26,046 nt of DNA from the IMG/VR virus record IMGVR_UViG_3300011335_000131, positions 1 through 26,046 of that record; one strand, written 5' to 3'. The stretch comes from a virus (Duplodnaviria > Caudoviricetes). The position numbers and the translations under genes are program-made. Shown here one piece after another: positions 23,882-26,046 of the stretch. Position 1 is the stretch's first letter. Each line of letters begins with the position of its first letter. The notes under the pieces are model-generated. The model searched no databases and had not been told where the DNA came from. It saw only the letters and a list, made by a program, of their open reading frames with translations.

Positions 23882-26046
23882 ATGAGTCAATTACAAGTTA
23901 CAGGCGAAGCAAAGATTAGGGATATACAAGGTCCAGTAGTGGCTAATAGTGGTGTTATAACCGCTTTAGATGGTGCTGCTTCACAATATGTAAGAGGTGA
24001 TGGTACGTTAGCTGACTTCCCAACATCAACAGGTGGTGGTAGTTCAGTTAGTTACTATCTTAATTCAAGTGTTTCACAAGGCACTATCGGTGGGGTAGCT
24101 TATAGAGAACTAAGTAAAGACCCAATCATAGGTGCTGGAACTGACATTACTATTTCGGCTAACGGATATGTAGCGAATTACATAACTGATGCTAATGACC
24201 CTGATGTAACAATAGTTCCTGGCGGTAACTTTAATTGTGAGTTCTATTTTAGTGTAAATAACAACACAGGTAACCCTACAACTTACGCAGAACTTTACAA
24301 GTACGATGGCACAACTTTTACCTTATTAGGTACAAGTGCTGGAGTTCCTGAATCTATAAATCAAGGTACAACGATAGCTCCTTATTATTTTGCTATCCCA
24401 GTGGCTACTGCTTCTTTATCTGTAACGGATAGATTAGCAATTAGAATCTATGTAAACGTATCAGGTAGAACAGTTACTTTACATACCGAGAACGGACATT
24501 TATGTCAAGTGGTAACAACCTTGTCAAAGGGGATGGTTTCTTTGAATAACTTAACTGACCAATCACAATACTTAGCAACAGGAACAAGCGGAACTAACTT
24601 TAACATAGTTTCAAGTGGCGATACACATACTTTTAACCTTCCTGTGGCTTCGGCTACAAATACAGGTAAATTAAGTTCTACCGATTGGAGTACGTTTAAC
24701 AATAAACAAGCTGCTGGTAATTATGTTACTCTTGATACTACTCAAACAATAACGGCTGCAAAGACTTTTAGCGGTTTACTTACAGTTAATAATAAAATAT
24801 ATCTTCAAACTGATTTAGCTTCGACAGGTGTATATTTACAATCTTATAATTCAAATGAATTTTCAATAGGTGTAACAAGTGGAGCAACAACTTATTATTC
24901 AAACTTTATTTTACAAGGTGCTAATAGAAATTATAGTTTTCCAAATATTGATGGTACTTTAGCACTTTTAGAAGGAACGCAGACATTTACTGGAGCAAAG
25001 ACTTTTACTCAAAGTCCAATTTCCGAAAGTGGTTATTCTTTTAAAATATTAGCAAGTGGAACATCATTTCAAAATGGGTATTCTGTAATTTCATCTTTAG
25101 CAGGTAATATAAGTATTACACAAGCAATATCTGCTGGTAACTTAAAGGCATTTACTTTTGACTTTTCAGCTTGGGCAACAAATACAACAAGAACTTATAC
25201 TTTACCCAACGCAAGTGGTACAATAGCATTGACAAGCGATATTAATTATCCTGTAACAAGTGTATTTGGTAGAACAGGTGCAGTTGTTGCGGTTAGTGGC
25301 GATTATACAACAACACAAGTAACAGAGGGAACAAACCTTTACTTTACCGATGCAAGAGCAAGAGGTGCATTAAGTTTTACCGCAGGTAGCGGTGCTTACA
25401 ATAGTTCAACAGGTGTAATAACAATACCTACAAATAATAATCAAATCACTAATGGAGCAGGTTATATTACAAGTTCTGCTTTAAGTGGATACTTGCCATT
25501 AACAGGTGGAACTTTAACAGGAGGATTAAATGGAACAACTGCTACTTTTAGTGGCTTAGGTACATTTTACCAACTAACTATGACAGGTGCTACGGCAGGT
25601 AGAATATTTTATGCTCAAACAGGTGGTGTTATAAGTCAATCAGGTAATTTAAATTGGAATGAAACTAATGGAATGTTAGGAGTAGGAACACCTAATCCAA
25701 CTGCGGTTATAACTGCTTTTTCTAATAATGCTGCAACACAATTTAAGGCTTCTGGTAATGCTCCTGCATTTACCTTTAGTGAATCATTAACTACATCAAC
25801 TCGTGCTTGTGTATTTGGTTTAGCAACGGCAGCAAATCAATTTATTACAGGTACGGCTGCTGGAGATATGGCTATTGCCAATCAATCAACTACTGCTGGT
25901 GCTATTATTTTTGGTACAGGAACGGCAGAGAAAATGAGAATGAGTCCATCTGGTAGATTATTAGTAGGTACAAGTGTTGATAGTGGTGCTTTATTTCAAG
26001 TAAATGGTGCAGCTACACTTACTGGTGCATTGAGTGGAACAAGTGC
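23882..26046 (+). CDS. Tail fibre protein (3' truncated by window)
   Basis: Starts MSQLQVTGEAK... and is still in frame at the window end. G/T/S-rich, with QYVRGDG, TQTITAAKTF/TQTFTGAKTF, VTSVFGRTGAV, YLPLTGGTLTG and EKMRMSPSGRLLVGT motifs. Confidence 0.88.
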   Translation, partial: MSQLQVTGEAKIRDIQGPVVANSGVITALDGAASQYVRGDGTLADFPTSTGGGSSVSYYLNSSVSQGTIGGVAYRELSKDPIIGAGTDITISANGYVANYITDANDPDVTIVPGGNFNCEFYFSVNNNTGNPTTYAELYKYDGTTFTLLGTSAGVPESINQGTTIAPYYFAIPVATASLSVTDRLAIRIYVNVSGRTVTLHTENGHLCQVVTTLSKGMVSLNNLTDQSQYLATGTSGTNFNIVSSGDTHTFNLPVASATNTGKLSSTDWSTFNNKQAAGNYVTLDTTQTITAAKTFSGLLTVNNKIYLQTDLASTGVYLQSYNSNEFSIGVTSGATTYYSNFILQGANRNYSFPNIDGTLALLEGTQTFTGAKTFTQSPISESGYSFKILASGTSFQNGYSVISSLAGNISITQAISAGNLKAFTFDFSAWATNTTRTYTLPNASGTIALTSDINYPVTSVFGRTGAVVAVSGDYTTTQVTEGTNLYFTDARARGALSFTAGSGAYNSSTGVITIPTNNNQITNGAGYITSSALSGYLPLTGGTLTGGLNGTTATFSGLGTFYQLTMTGATAGRIFYAQTGGVISQSGNLNWNETNGMLGVGTPNPTAVITAFSNNAATQFKASGNAPAFTFSESLTTSTRACVFGLATAANQFITGTAAGDMAIANQSTTAGAIIFGTGTAEKMRMSPSGRLLVGTSVDSGALFQVNGAATLTGALSGTS

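Noticed and set aside
806-24702. All minus-strand ORFs in the track, and plus-strand ORF 18126-18311
   Set aside because: They overlap well-supported plus-strand genes, have no recognisable motifs, and look like shadow ORFs.
1-26046. Alternative genetic code, introns/inteins, DGR, integrase or tRNA genes
   Set aside because: The standard code gives dense full-length genes. TerL, portal and capsid are uninterrupted, and no reverse transcriptase, recombinase or cloverleaf was recognised.

Overview
All-plus-strand segment of an AT-rich tailed phage (HK97-type head, non-contractile tail), most likely infecting a Bacteroidota host. The host call rests on repeated TAnnTTTG promoter elements and A-rich leaders lacking Shine-Dalgarno sites. 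Gene order: a 5'-truncated metallophosphoesterase and a HExxH protein; a non-coding junction with two terminators (1327-1555); an early/replication region (small ORFs, RHH protein, DnaA domain-IV protein, Bet, HNH, SSB-like protein, DUF4373-type initiator, NinG); packaging and head genes; tail genes ending in a 3'-truncated fibre. No integrase, CI-like repressor, DNA polymerase, tRNA or CRISPR array was seen. The best candidate for an undescribed system is an RNA regulatory layer. It has two tandem 'seed + terminator' units (1326-1440) that are exact antisense to the start-codon regions of bet and other early genes, and a two-hairpin kissing-loop leader (5730-5807) in front of the replication initiator. 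Also notable: a tail-chaperone frameshift that must be -2/+1 rather than -1, a repeated cassette-junction motif, a solo HicB-like ORF, and apparent GATC avoidance. All family assignments are by motif recognition without database searches.
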